Assembly: GCA_964270895.1 (NCBI GenBank) | Contig: OZ185435.1 | Source of the DNA: Podarcis filfolensis | Lineage: Eukaryota | Length of the DNA: 64,000 bases | Direction: 5' to 3' (one strand) | Shown here: piece by piece, positions 51,962 through 64,000 of the stretch | Position numbering within the stretch: the stretch's first letter is position 1 | Layout of the letters: each line of letters opens with the position of its first letter | The notes under the pieces: generated by a model | Database searches by the model: none | Seen by the model: only the letters and a program-made list of their open reading frames with translations | What the model was told of the DNA's origin: nothing | Made by a program: the position numbers and the translations under genes

Positions 51962-52179
51962 TGCTAAGCCATAGTTAACAAAGAAAAAGAGAAGAAGCAA
52001 GGGCAGTAGTGAGAGGGAGAAGAGGAAGGGAGCACATGTTGACTGCAAAGGCATGTTACGTCTGCATTGACCATAGTGTTGCTTTCTAGATTCCAGTCAC
52101 TATTACTTTCCAGGAAAATCTTTTAGAAAAGGTTTTGCAAATTTGAAGTGGTAGGCAACCACATTCATTTCTTTTATAG

Positions 52180-52291
52180 TAAGCACGGTGTAGGAAGCCA
52201 TGAATACATTCAGAACTGCCGAAAGTGGGACACGGATATTAAACTGCAGCTCTTGACCCGTAATGTTATATGCAGAGATTTGGCACGAACA
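52180..52291 (+). CDS. PIK3C2A: PIK3C2A exon 6 (112 nt): [37 protein letters not shown]
   Basis: Translation match, GT-AG, phase 2 to 0. Confidence 0.96.
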
Positions 52292-52943
52292 GTAAGTACA
52301 AAGTGAACACACATTCTCAAAACAACCTGACTTTATTGATTTCATGTGTATTATTGAGGTTGTGCACATTCCTTGCTCTCTTCTTATAGCTTGGAACTGA
52401 GGAAAAAGATAACTTGTTTTCATTATAGTTATAAGTGAGGATTAAAAAAAACATTGCAGCCTCTTAACTGTTCAGGAGCAGGGAGAAACATATACTTGTT
52501 GCTAGTGATTCCATTTTATATATTTTGTCAGCACTTCCTTAAAGCGTTAAAAGAACTTGATAAAGCACTATAATTCCCCCCTCCCCTGTCATCTACACTG
52601 CATCAAGTATCTAATTTTCTTTTATAAGACAAGCCAGTCCAGATACATAGAATGTTAATCTTGGTTTATTGCTGTTTTTAATTTTTAAAAAATGTCTTAA
52701 ATGCCCATTTTAAACTGTTTTTACTTTACATTATATTGTTTTATGCTCTCTTTGTAAACCGCTTTGAAGTTGTTGGTTTTCGTTTTTGTTTAGAAACAAG
52801 CGGTATTTAAAGTTTATGAAATAAAGGAATGAGCAAAACAATTTTTAGCTTATTTCTTGAGTTAGCAAGGTACTTTCCCATTGTTATAGTTAATAAAAAT
52901 TAGTTCTACTGAAATATGCTGTAACATATCAATAGATAATTAA

Positions 52944-53114
52944 CAGTGCTTAAAAAAAAAGTTTAGGGGTACTCTCATTTTGACTCAAGAAAATCACCAT
53001 TTTATAGTTCAAATCGGGAAAAATAAATACAGTAAATGGACAAAAGTACAAAGATTCACAAAAGGTTTTGGGGTATGCGTACCCCTGCATACCCCCTCAG
53101 AAAAAACCACACTG
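52944..53114. mobile_element. hAT-like MITE
   Basis: CAGTG termini at both ends; homologous in inverted orientation to 14700..14830. Confidence 0.7.
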
Positions 53115-54142
53115 GATATTAATCCAGTTAAACAGCAGACATTTCCTCTGTTGGGATTCTTCTTTTGCAGATGATGGGTTCCAAATTTATCCAACATGTT
53201 AAAGATCAGAGCACAATTCTTACTCTAGAGTAGAGCTATTTTTTGTCATCCCGTTGTTAACCCAATGGTATTGTTGAATGTGTCAGTACACTATTAGTGT
53301 AGGTCTTAGGAAAGTTTATGTAAAATGATCTTAAGGTGTTACTTAACATTAAAACATATTAGCCATATATATGTATATAACAGCAACTAGTCTTTGTTGG
53401 AGAAGTAAGATGCCCAGTACTAGATGTTTTACACATCTTTTGGAACTGTCATAAAATAACAAAATTTTGTACTAACATCAAAGAAATTAAAATTATCATA
53501 GGACATACCATGCCAAGGGACCCATTGAAGCTTCTTTTTGGTTGCCTATGGGCAACAGGAAGATGATCCTTTATTAAGTGCAGCCCATATCACTGTTTTT
53601 ATAACTAAAACAAAATCTGGCCTCCAAGTTTGGACGACTAACTGATTAGTTTGAGATATAGCTTGCATGGTTAAATTGACCAATATGATTCAGTTCAAAA
53701 AGGGTAGGCACAACTAAGATTATTTTGTTGAAAAATGGACTCTTCATCATGTGTGATAAGGCACAAATAAACTTAAATCCATATGCTTTTTTGGATTCTC
53801 TAAGATCTTTATTTACTGCGTTAAACATAACCAACTTTTCCTCTCCTTTTTTGCTGTTTTGTTCTGTTTGTACATTGTTTAGAAAAAACAAAGAAAATAA
53901 AGCAACCTTAGAACAGCAGTCATCACAATGAATAGGGCTGAAAGCAAAAAAATGCAGGAAATTCCTGTGCACAAATAAACATTTTGTACATATTATGGAG
54001 CTCTTTAGCACCTGGCCTGGGGCTTTTTAAAGTATTTGTAGAAGTGAAATAGGTTCATTGGAGAGCTTAAGGGCTAACAGTGCAATCCTTTTCATGTCTG
54101 CCCCAAAGCAAGCCCCACTGAGTTCAATTAAACTTACGTATT

Positions 54143-56226
54143 AAATATATACAGAACAGAAAGCGAAGCTGATTGTAAATAACTATACTACAGAAGATAT
54201 TAAAATAACCAAGGGTACAAGGCAGGGATGCCCACTGTCGCCATTATTATTCATTATGGTGCTGGAAGTTTTGCTAAAATCAGTAAGAAAAAATGAAGAT
54301 ATAAAAGGGGTGTCTATAGGGAAAAATGAATACAAAGTTAAAGCATTCGCGGATGACTTGGTAATGACAGTAGAAGAACCAGTGGAAAGTATTGAAAGAA
54401 TCTTAGAAGAAATAGAACAATTTGGACGAGTTGCAGGATTCTATCTCAACAAAAAAAAGACGAAAATTATGGCTAAAAACATGAATCAAGAATTAATTGA
54501 GGAAATACAACAAAGGACAGAGATAGAAGTGGTGAACAAAGTGAAGTATTTAGGAATATGGTTAACCCCCAAGAACATTGATTTGTTTCAAAACAATTAT
54601 TTATCTATGTGGAATCAAATAAAAAGGGATTTGGAGGTGTGGGGAAGACTGAAATTGTCCTTTTGGGGGAGAATATCTACGATAAAAATGAGTGTGCTAC
54701 CAAAGATGTTATTCCTTTTCCAATCACTACCGATAATCAAGGGGGCATCAACTTTTAAAGAATGGCAAAAAATAATTTCAAGATATAACTGGCAGGGTAA
54801 GAAGCCAAGGATTCAGTTTAAGTTATTAACAGATGCAAAAGAAAGAGGTGGCTTCGCCCTGCCAGATTTGAAATTATATTATGAAGCATCATGCCTCTGT
54901 TGGATAAAGGAATGGATTAAATTAGAGAATGGAGAGCTGTTAGATTTAGAAGGATTTGATAACAGATTTGGTTGGCATGCTTATCTATGGTATGAGAAGA
55001 AAAAAATTCACAAAGGTTTCGAAAACCACATCTTCCGAAGATCATTGATAGAGGTGTGGGAGAGGTATAAAAACTTGTTGGAACCTAGACTCCCCCATTG
55101 GATTTCACCATTAGAAGTGATGAGTGTGAAAAAAATTAATATGAGGTGGATAACATATGGAGAATTGGTAACAAGAGAGGGGGGGAAATGGAAAATGAAA
55201 ACTTATGAAGAGGTGAAAGAATCTGTTTACGACTGGTTACATTACTTTCAGATTAATGAAATGTTTAAAAAAGATTGTAAAATGTGTGGGTATGAAGGTA
55301 AAGAATCAAAATTCCAAGTGGAGGTATTGAATAATGAGTATAAAAATCTGTCTAAAATGTATAAAATGTTGCTGGAGTGGCATACAAAAGATGAAGAGGT
55401 AAAAGCAGTAATGATACACTGGGCAAGAGACTTTGGTTATAATATACAGTATGATGATTGGATGAAATTATGGAATGAAAGGTTAAAATTTACGGCATGT
55501 ACTGCGTTGAAAGAAAATGTAATGAAAATGTTCTACAGATGGTATATAACGCCAGTTAAACTGGCCAAAATGTATAAAACATGCAATAAGTGTTGGAAAT
55601 GTAAAGAAAAAGAAGGTACTTTCTATCATATGTGGTGGGAGTGTAAAAGGGTGAAAGACTTCTGGGAAATGATATACAATGAATTGAAAAAGATGTTGAA
55701 ATATACGTTCGTTAAAAAACCAGAGGCCTTTCTATTAGGAATGGTAGGAAACGAAATTAATAAGAGAGATTGTAAACCGTTTCAATATGCAGTGACTGCC
55801 GCAAGGATACTTCTGGCCCAAAGATGGAAACAGGAAGAAGTTCCAACAGTGGAAGAATGGAGAAGGAAATTGACTGAATATGCAGAATTGGACAAATTGA
55901 CTGGGAAGATTCGATATCAGAAAGACCAAAAGTTTATCGAGGACTGGGGGAAATTTACAGAATATCTGAAAAATATATGTGATGTACAGACAATGCTTGT
56001 TGGTTTTGAAGAGACTCTGTGAGATAGTAAGAAATATTGCAAAAAAGAGAGTAAGGAAAAGGAGTTGGGAAAGGCAATATCATGTTTAGAAATGCGTCAA
56101 TAAATAGAAATTTTACGAAAGATTGACAGAGAAACTGAGGGAAGTCAAAAATTGAAGAATGAGTGCAAAATAATTTGTTGATTGTATAAAATTTGTTTGG
56201 AAAATGAATAAAAATTATTTAAAGAA
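54143..56226 (+). mobile_element. 5'-truncated L1-clade LINE: open ORF2 3' part 54145..56022 (RT, thumb, C-terminal CCHC), short 3'UTR and AATAAA
   Basis: RT motifs KGTRQGCPLSP, FADD and VKYLG, plus CWKC...HMWWEC. Flanking repeat taaacttacgtatt at 54129-54142 and 56227-56240. Confidence 0.95.
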
Positions 56227-56608
56227 TAAACTTACGTATTCATAGGTAAGTTTTGGCTTACCGCCTAAAACATTAGTTAACCTGAAATGGATTTTACAGT
56301 AAAAAAAAGTGAGTTGGCTTTCAAAATTCCTATTTGGTTCACTGATTCATGGTAAATAGTTAATAGAATTTGGAGAGTGAAAAATATTGGTACAAGTTTA
56401 TAGACTTTGTGACAAACCCTTAACTAGCGTATTTGAAGGTAGATATTTGTGCACTTTATTCTTTAAAGGAAGAGTGAGGGGAAGCCAAAATTCTCATTTT
56501 CTAAACTCCAGACAAATTGCTGTCCATGTTTATATTACTTTTTAGAGTTCCTTTAGAAGAAACATGTGGTTATAGTCTTTGAATAACTTGTATATCTCTC
56601 ATTTTTAG

Positions 56609-56688
56609 GAAGATGATGACAGTACACCTGTAGATTTGACGAAGCATCTTTATCATGTAGAAAAGCTTTTCAGAGAAAGCATTCAAAG
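56609..56688 (+). CDS. PIK3C2A: PIK3C2A exon 7 (80 nt): EDDDSTPVDLTKHLYHVEKLFRESIQ
   Basis: Translation match, GT-AG, phase 0 to 2. Confidence 0.94.
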
Positions 56689-56793
56689 GTAACCACTGTC
56701 ATAACATCCTTTGTAATGAAATGAATTACCTCCAAGTTGTCAGTATATTTCTTTTACAAATGCATATAGTAATATAATCATTGTTCGTTTTAG

Positions 56794-56857
56794 TCAGTCT
56801 CTTGAAGAGCTGTTGGAAGCTTATCATAATCAAGTCGATAAACTACTTAAGAATGAG
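56794..56857 (+). CDS. PIK3C2A: PIK3C2A exon 8 (64 nt): QSLEELLEAYHNQVDKLLKNE
   Basis: Resembles EELLDSYHNQVE, GT-AG, phase 2 to 0. Confidence 0.93.
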
Positions 56858-56904
56858 GTAAGCATTATCTCTTGCTTCTTCTTCTATGAAGTATATATTT
56901 CTAT

Positions 56905-57175
56905 GGCAATAAAAAAATTCCTTCCAGTAGCACCTTAGAGACCAACTAAGTTTGTTATTGGTATGAGCTTTCGTGTGCATGCACACTTCTTCAGATACAC
57001 TGAAACAGAAGTCACCAGACCCTTATATATAGTGAGAGGGTGGGGAGGGGTATTACTCAGAATGGTAGTGGGAATAGGTGATTGGCTGATAGGTGTGGTA
57101 AGCCTGTTGACGACTGTTAACAACTGCAATTGGTCTTACAGGAAAAAGCAAGGGGTGAGATGGCTAAAAATATTT
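56905..57175 (-). mobile_element. Penelope-like element terminal (pLTR) fragment
   Basis: ccagtagcaccttagagaccaactaagtttgttattggtatgagctttcgtgtgcatgcacacttcttcagatac is characteristic of squamate Penelope termini. Confidence 0.75.
56961..56998 (-). ncRNA. Minimal type I hammerhead ribozyme motif of the Penelope type
   Basis: The minus strand reads GUAU CUGAAGA A GUGUG CAUG CACAC GAAA GC UC AUAC: stem I GUAU/AUAC, core CUGANGA, stem II GUGUG/CACAC, GAAA, palindromic AGCU, and a UC cleavage site. Confidence 0.7.
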
Positions 57176-57178
57176 TTT

Positions 57179-57525
57179 AGCGGATGGCACTGTGGTCTAA
57201 ACCACAGAGCCTGGTGCTTGCCAATCAGAAGGTCGGCGGTTCGAATCCCTGCAACGGAGTGAGCTCCTGTTGCACGGTCCCAGCTCCTGCCAACCTAGCA
57301 GTTCGAAAGCACGTCAGAGTGCAAGTAGATAACTAGGTACTGTTCCGGCGGGAACGTAAATGGCGTTTCCGTGTGCTGCTCTGGTTTGCCAGAAGCGGCT
57401 TAGTCATGCTGGCCACATGACCCGGAAGCTGTACGCCGGCTCCCTCGGCCAGTAAAGTGAGATGAGCGCCGCAACTCCAGAGTTGTCCGCAACTGGACCT
57501 AATGGTCAGGGTTCCCTTTACCTTT
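57179..57525 (+). mobile_element. Sauria SINE, near full length
   Basis: Collinear with 33539..33980 but lacking the duplication. Confidence 0.9.
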
Positions 57526-57801
57526 AATAGTAGTAGAACTGGACTATTGCAGCTTTCTCCAAATCTGCTAAGTCTCACCACCCTGGTCCATACTTCCCCA
57601 TGTCCACATTCCTCCTCGTTAAAAACAAATAATGGTGCTCGTGTGTATTTTTCAGAGTACAAATGAGAATCCATATAGATCTTAATAAGGGGCTATACAC
57701 CCTTTGCTGGACAGGAATAGCTTGGCTGCTGTGAGTCTTGTGTTCGTACCCACACAATTGGACTCCTAATTCAGGACTCTGTCATGTGCTTTTCTCATCA
57801 G

Positions 57802-57945
57802 AACCAGACTAAAGCTGTAGATCATATCATTAAATCTGTTCGAAAAATTTGCTATACATTGGATGGGGTAGAGACTCCTGCAATTACAACATCTGTAAAG
57901 AAGCTAAGAAGAGTAGTTAACCTTCCAAGGAGTGCAAGTCCTGAG
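57802..57945 (+). CDS. PIK3C2A: PIK3C2A exon 9 (144 nt): [48 protein letters not shown]
   Basis: Translation match, boundaries catcag| and GAG|gtaatt. Confidence 0.96.
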
Positions 57946-58480
57946 GTAATTGGTTTGCCATGTTTTGTGCTGTGTATGTGCTTTGTGAGATATAAGGAAC
58001 CTTTAGTCCCATCCCCCACATTACCTGCAGACAAGTTGATACGGCAAATTTGGGAAAGACAGGTTTTTGTTTCACTAGCCAAGAAGCTAGTGAGGTAAAT
58101 GGAAAATGTTTCTTCTCATTCTTTTGAGGAGGGGGGAGGAAAACTATTTGTTTTGGAGCATGGTGAATTTTGTCCTTCTGCAATTACAGCCTTTGAAGGG
58201 ACTTGGGGGAGTGATAGTGATGTCGTTCCTCCTCCCACATCCAATTCTGTACTTTTACAGTGGAGGGTGAGAGGGCAGAGAGAACTGTGGCATTTACAGT
58301 AGGTGACAAGAAACCCATATTTTGCCTCTACAGAGGTAAAGAAAGAGAGAACTGTTATGAAGTTTTCATAGGATAGTTTTAACAATCAGTTGCATACCTG
58401 AATAACTTTCATTTATAGTATAGCATAACCAAGGGTTTTCACATATGTGAAGATCGTGTTTTCCATATGTTATTGCACAG

Positions 58481-58523
58481 GTGTCTTTAACATCTTCTGA
58501 TGAGACTAGCAAGAATGCAGTTG
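58481..58523 (+). CDS. PIK3C2A: PIK3C2A exon 10 (43 nt): [14 protein letters not shown], diverged linker
   Basis: Boundaries gcacag| and G|gtaagt. It supplies the phase 0 to 1 change required between exons 9 and 11. Confidence 0.82.
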
Positions 58524-58605
58524 GTAAGTACAAAACTTGCATCTAATTTTGTCTTTAATGTTTGTTTTAATGGTTACCTTCCTAAAGCAAAATGTTTTAT
58601 TTTAG

Positions 58606-58816
58606 GTGCCTTGCAACTTGAAAACCCTCTGCAAACGAGCATAGATCAGCTGACCTCAGCAGTATATGCTCTTCTTCAACTCCACTTGAACTCGTGCAGC
58701 AGTCCCTTAAACACTCCAAAGATTCAGAAAAGCACTAAAGAAGCATGGACTGCCACAGAGCACCTCCAGTTCACAATATTTGCAGCGCACGGAATCCTTA
58801 GTAGCTGGGTCTCTGT
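58606..58816 (+). CDS. PIK3C2A: PIK3C2A exon 11 (211 nt): [15 protein letters not shown]...[26 protein letters not shown], start of the PI3K-type C2 domain
   Basis: Translation match, GT-AG, phase 1 to 2. Confidence 0.96.
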
Positions 58817-58906
58817 GTGAGTAACTAAACCAAAACGCACCTTTTACCCCAGTGCGCACGCATCACAATGTTTTGATTCATCATAATGTTTGTCTCCCCT
58901 TTACAG

Positions 58907-59029
58907 TTATGAAAAATACTATTTGGTTTGTTCTCTTACCCACAATGGAAGAGATCTTTTCAAACCTGTGCAGTCCAAGAAGGTTGGCACTTATAAGAAT
59001 TTCTTCTATTTGATTAAATGGGATGAATT
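58907..59029 (+). CDS. PIK3C2A: PIK3C2A exon 12 (123 nt): [40 protein letters not shown]
   Basis: Near-identical to vertebrate PI3K-C2alpha, GT-AG. Confidence 0.97.
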
Positions 59030-59885
59030 GTAAGTGGTGATTTTTTTATTTATCTGACTCATAAAAATATTATGGTTTCTCTGAGCAGTAGCTATCACAT
59101 CCCCTGAGATTGTTAATTAATGCTACTGATTCCATCAGACCACAAGTTAACATCTTTCATTTTCTATGCTCTGTCAGTGCATCAAATTCTGAATAGTTTA
59201 CCAGGTCCTTCAGCATAATTTGCATAGAACCTCCCAACTTTTCAAGATAGAAATAACTAAAAATAAAATTGGTGTTGTTCTACTGTTCAGTTATTAATGT
59301 ATTCAGCTGGTGAAGAAAACAAGGAAGGAAGGTTGCAAGCCCAGGTCCCATCCCAAGTATTGTCTTGGGGATCAAGCAGCTTCCCACACAATGGAAATCC
59401 CTATACAGGACTGGGAATTTCCTCATGTGGGAAACTATGAGGAATCCTGTGTGAAGCTGATGGCATATGAGACATGCGCATACAACCAAGTAGGCATGTG
59501 CTTTTCCCAGATAGCAAACAATTTCTTACACAAAAGTGATGGGTGTTGGAAATAGCCATCACCATATTAAAAGCATGGCTTTACAAAAGTCAGTTGATTA
59601 TTCCTGTTCCATTTCTCATCATGCTTCTAATGACTCCGTTTCTTTGTCACTAATGTTTATAAATATTGCATGAAATATTTTGTCCATTTAAGAGGGGTTT
59701 CTGTTGAAGTATGGTGAGGGTTAGTGAGATTGCAATAGTGCAATTGTCTACTTTTAGTTGGCAATGGAGAATAAAGCACTGTTTTAGCAATGGGGGAACT
59801 ACGTATTGATCTTCTTGAACATATGATATATTTTTAAAGCATAGTAGTCAGTAATTCCTAACGATTCTATTTCCTTATTTTACAG

Positions 59886-60053
59886 AATAATTTTTCCTAT
59901 ACAGATCTCTCAGTTGCCATTAGAATCCATCTTATGCCTTACCCTCTTTGGAATATTAAATCAAAATGGTGGTAGTTCACCAGATTCCAATAAACAGAGA
60001 AAAGGCCCTGAAATGTTGGGTCAAGTTTCCTTACCTCTTTTTGATTTTAGGCG
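59886..60053 (+). CDS. PIK3C2A: PIK3C2A exon 13 (168 nt): [14 protein letters not shown]...[23 protein letters not shown]
   Basis: Translation match, GT-AG. Confidence 0.97.
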
Positions 60054-61852
60054 GTGAGTATTCAAAATGTCTTCTGTGGCAAATAGTATAGTTTTGTTAG
60101 AGGGAGATTACCAATTTTAATCCAAAGAAAATAGAGTTAAACCTAAGAAAATGGAAAGAGAAATGCATTATATAGGTGGGATGGGCTCTAGATAACGGCC
60201 ACGTCCTATTTTGAATAATATATTTTAAATACGTTTCTTCTTTCAAGGGGTGAAGTGATAGGCTGGCTCTATGTTAAGGATTGTGATACTTTTGAATACT
60301 GAGTGGTGTTGACTACAGTCCTGCTTATGGACTTCTTAAATCCCTAATTCATAAGATTTCAGCTATTAAGGTTTTATCACTCTAGAAATTCCACTACTTG
60401 TACGAAATTCTCTAGGTTCCCAGTACATTGTCCAGCCAAATGTAGTTGGAAAGCAGTTCCCATCATCCTTGACCATTGGCCATGGTGGCTAAGGTTAATA
60501 GGTGTTGGGGCCCTCCAGATGTTGTTGGTACTATATGTTAGCAGCCCCAGAGTGAACTTAAGGAATACTGCAGGTACAGCCTTTTTTCAAGAACATAGAA
60601 CACAGTCAAGTGGGTTGTCATCCTCCACTTGCTAGAAGGCAGGAAAAAACATTATCACTTCAAAATAACCTGTAGATTACTCCTGTCTTGGAGTGGCAGG
60701 ATTTTGCTGGTGCTCTTCTGGCCTAGTCTTTTCTGGCTCATTGTGTGTGCGATCTGTGATATTCTGAGTGTAGTGAGTGATTCTCTGTTGTTGTCCCCCC
60801 ACCCCACTCCACCCCCTGAGGCCTTTTCCTCAGCATTTGTGTCTTTCATTCTGAGCCATTTCCCCCTCAGTGTCTGTCTTTCTTTGTTTTTCCATTAATT
60901 ATACAGTTGATTCTTCTCTCCCTTCCAATTAATTCTTTCCTTTGTCACCAAATTGTACAGTTGACTATCTATTGCCTTAAACCCCAAGTTGGGGGCTTCC
61001 TTACTTATTAATTGTATTTTTCTTACCTGGGTTCAGCCTTCAATTCCTTCCTTTAATTATCCCTCCTGAATTAATTCAGTTTTACTCTTGAATGTGCGCA
61101 TAAAGCAGCAGCATTGTCACTATGAGCATCTTGCATGACTGTGGTCTTCTCTAAGGTAGCTGTCCTGACGCATGGGCGACATCCTCAACAATTCCACTCT
61201 AAGATGTAGATTGCCTTCATAAAACATCTCTCAACTTCTTTAAGGTTGCTGTGTTTATGGCAGGTGCATCTGTGGACACAGCCCATTTGTGTCTCATGCT
61301 AATGCGTCAGAAATAGTATCAAGACACATTGTGTGAGGAAACTGATCCCAACTAGACTGATCTTAGCAACAGATTCTTTTGATGGCAGGGAGCTTGTGGG
61401 AGATGACAATTCATTAGGTGACATTCTCATGGAGATGGATAAAAAGAAGGCAGTGCCATAAGAGGGAGGATAAGTCTCCTTTTTGGTGCTTCCATCCTTG
61501 TCAGACTTTTCATGCCTCCTGTTTTGCTTGCAGAGGTCATGAATTTTGATCAAATATGCTACTAAAGATTTCAATCCAGAGGTCCACAGTGCTCAGGACT
61601 TCTGAAAATTATCTTTATAAGCATATGGAAAATTATCTTTATAAGTTTGCTGATGCTGAAGTATATGAATCAGGTCTGAGATGATTCTATGAACAAAACT
61701 TGTTTTTTCTTCCTAGTAATAACTGCTTAAGTTGGATCTTTATTTGATTTAACAAGCAAATTCTGTCCTCACATTCCAACTGCTATCATTTTGTAACTGA
61801 TAGTTCTTTCTCTGCACAGAGCACTAAATTCTTCTTGGTTTTGTGTCCGTAG

Positions 61853-61961
61853 AATGTTGACTTGTGGAACAAAACTTTTACACCTTTGGACACCTCCCAC
61901 AAACCTTGTCCCTGGAGCGGTCCATAAAAAAGGAAATTTAATGGAAAGAATAGTATTGCAG
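61853..61961 (+). CDS. PIK3C2A: PIK3C2A exon 14 (109 nt): [36 protein letters not shown]
   Basis: Translation match, GT-AG, phase 2 to 0. Confidence 0.95.
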
Positions 61962-62799
61962 GTAATGCTAGTTCCCTCTTAATTGCTTTTAAAAGCTTTT
62001 ATACCCTATGCAGAATTATTTGAGTAGTAATAAATGATCCCTTCACAATCTCATCTTCTTTAATCCACTATGAAAATTTGAGTGCTGTATCTCGTCATTA
62101 CTTGGACTCTTTTTGCAAAACTGTGAGAGGATATATCTGGCCTTTTTCTGCTTTAGCCTTTTTGTATATGGATGTGCAGTCCATGCACATACAAAAGAGT
62201 AAAATAACTGCAGAGTGATGAAGAAATATGAAAACTTCTGTGACGTAGTTTGCCTGTGAGGGTTTAGACTTAAAGATCTCTGTCTGAGGGATTTGCACAT
62301 TACAAGTTCTTATACATACAACCCTTTTTTGTGCAAGGGTGAGTGTTTAATGCAGTTTAACAGACCATTTTATCATCCTGATAAGCATACTGGGAAATGA
62401 TTGCAAGGATCACATTCTCAGTATGCTGTAACTGCAAAAATATACATAGATCCTTGTACCTGAGTATGGACCTTTGCATCCCAAAGTGGTGATGCATGAT
62501 GTCTAGCCTATACATACAATGTAATGAGATGGTGTGGTAGAGGGAGACTGTAGTACTTCAAACTGCTGGCAGCCATAATACTTTTGAATGTGCTCCTATG
62601 TAAATAAAAAAATAACGGAAAGTTAGAACCTCTCTTCCTAGCACTTCAGTTACTTGTAATAACTTCTAGCGAACATTTTAAAATGGGTTTCTCCACTTGT
62701 AGCTTCATTTGGTCGATTTTGCATTCTAGGTCCGCTTTGCACATCACAGTAAAGCTATTTTTAATTGTCTGGGCACATAACACCAATCCTGGCCTGACT

Positions 62800-63240
62800 G
62801 CACTGGCTGCCAATTAGTTTCCAGGCCTAATTCAGAGTGCTGGTTTTGGCCTACAGAGCCTTATGCAGCTCAGGACCACAATACCTCAAGGATTGCCTCT
62901 TTCCATATAAACTGATCCAGACCCTGCTGTCATCATCTGAGGCCTTTTTTCATGGTCTCCCTCCTTGAGAGGTCTGGAGGGTGGCAATATGAGAACAGGA
63001 TTATTCAGTGGTGGCTCTCACTTGTGGAATGCTCTCCCCAGGATGCCCTGCCTGGCGCCATCATTACATAGATTTAGGCACTAGGCATTTCTTTTTACCA
63101 GGCCTTTGGCTCTTAATTATCTGTGGTGTCCTTGAGTGGGTGGGGCATTTTAATCCAGTGTTTTAAAAATAGTTTGTCTTTGAGATTTCCCCCCCCCATG
63201 CCAGTTTTAATGTATATATTTGTTTATATATTGTAAGTCA
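62800..63240 (+). mobile_element. Older L2 ORF2 C-terminus and tail
   Basis: LHWLPISFQA*FRVLVLAYRAL...GPQYLKDCL. Confidence 0.75.
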
Positions 63241-63494
63241 CATTTTGCAATGACAAACGTCATATGGAAACTTTATTATTATATACTATATGTATTATTT
63301 GTGAGAACACGTCACACTAAATGTTCTTTTTGATCTTTATGGTCTCTGGCTTTGATGTTTTGTTATTTTATTGTGAGGGGAAAGAGGACAAAAAGTGGGT
63401 GCTGGAAATGAGGTCGTAATTGGGATGTAGAAGTAGTTCTCTGAGTTGCCATGTCATAGTTTGCGTCAATAATTTTACTTTTTAAATTTTTCAG

Positions 63495-63637
63495 ATTGAT
63501 TTCCCTTCCTTATCATTTGATATTGTATACAAAATTCCTCAAGCTGCAAACAGTACCACATGTCATTCCATAGAAACATTGGAAAAAGATTCAAGAGAGC
63601 GTCTTCTTTCCATTCTTTCCAAGGAGGGTACACTTGG
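63495..63637 (+). CDS. PIK3C2A: PIK3C2A exon 15 (143 nt): IDFPSLSFDIVYKIPQ...LLSILSKEGTL; the gene continues beyond the window
   Basis: Resembles VDFPSPAFDIIY. Boundaries tttttcag| and GG|gtatgt. Confidence 0.93.
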
Positions 63638-64000
63638 GTATGTTGTATTGCGTTAACCGTGGTTAGTCATCATGGTGCCCTCCAAATATTTTGGACTTCA
63701 TATCTCATCAGCTTCAGTTAGGACAGCCAATGTTCAGAGATTATGGGAGTTTTAATCCACAATATCTGAAGGACTTCACTTTGGTTGTCCTTAATATTAA
63801 GAGTAGTGGTTTACCTTTCTACATAATTATCCTACAGTCACCTTTTAATTTAATATACATGTTCAAAATGTTGCACTCTATTATGTGTTGATTCTCCTTC
63901 TTCTAGTTTACAAGTCCTGACAAAATTATCTTCATGTAGATCTAGATGCAGAACAATACTGTATTTCCACACATTTGAATCTAATGTCTAAATCTTTCCT

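Noticed and set aside
59392-59422. NF-kB-like sites (GGGAATTTCC and a near match) within a weak hairpin
   Set aside because: A few consensus matches are expected by chance in 64 kb, and nothing else supports them.
61299-61574. 91-aa antisense ORF with a hydrophobic C-terminus
   Set aside because: No homology recognised and no supporting promoter or splice context; the length is within chance for both strands of 64 kb.
63900-64000. Possible next PIK3C2A exon after ttctag
   Set aside because: No frame resembles the expected LSKEDKAFLWEKRYYC-type sequence, so the next exon lies outside the window.

Overview
Vertebrate genomic DNA from a squamate, most likely a lacertid lizard, inferred from Sauria-type SINEs and other lizard repeat families. 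Two intron-rich genes lie head to head. NUCB2 (nucleobindin-2, the nesfatin-1 precursor) is on the minus strand, with nine coding exons traced from a CpG island near 23.4-24.1 kb to the left edge. PIK3C2A (class II PI3K alpha) is on the plus strand, with a non-coding exon 1 in a CpG island near 37 kb and 14 coding exons to 63637; it continues beyond the window. All traced exons have GT-AG boundaries and consistent phase. The rest is mostly transposable elements: a young 5'-truncated L1, RTE/RTEX/L2/CR1/Penelope fragments, SINEs, two probable solo LTRs and many MITEs. Most short ORFs in the supplied track are spurious or repeat-derived. I found no clear new multi-gene system. The best leads are: (1) NUCB2 has ATA where the usual start ATG lies and appears to take its start from an exon 10 kb upstream; (2) a minimal hammerhead ribozyme motif in a Penelope fragment inside PIK3C2A; (3) a young sense-oriented L1 with an intact ORF and target-site duplication; (4) an LTR-like segment bracketed by strong splice sites upstream of NUCB2; (5) substitutions in the nesfatin-1 core. 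Repeat family names are from recognition, not a database search.
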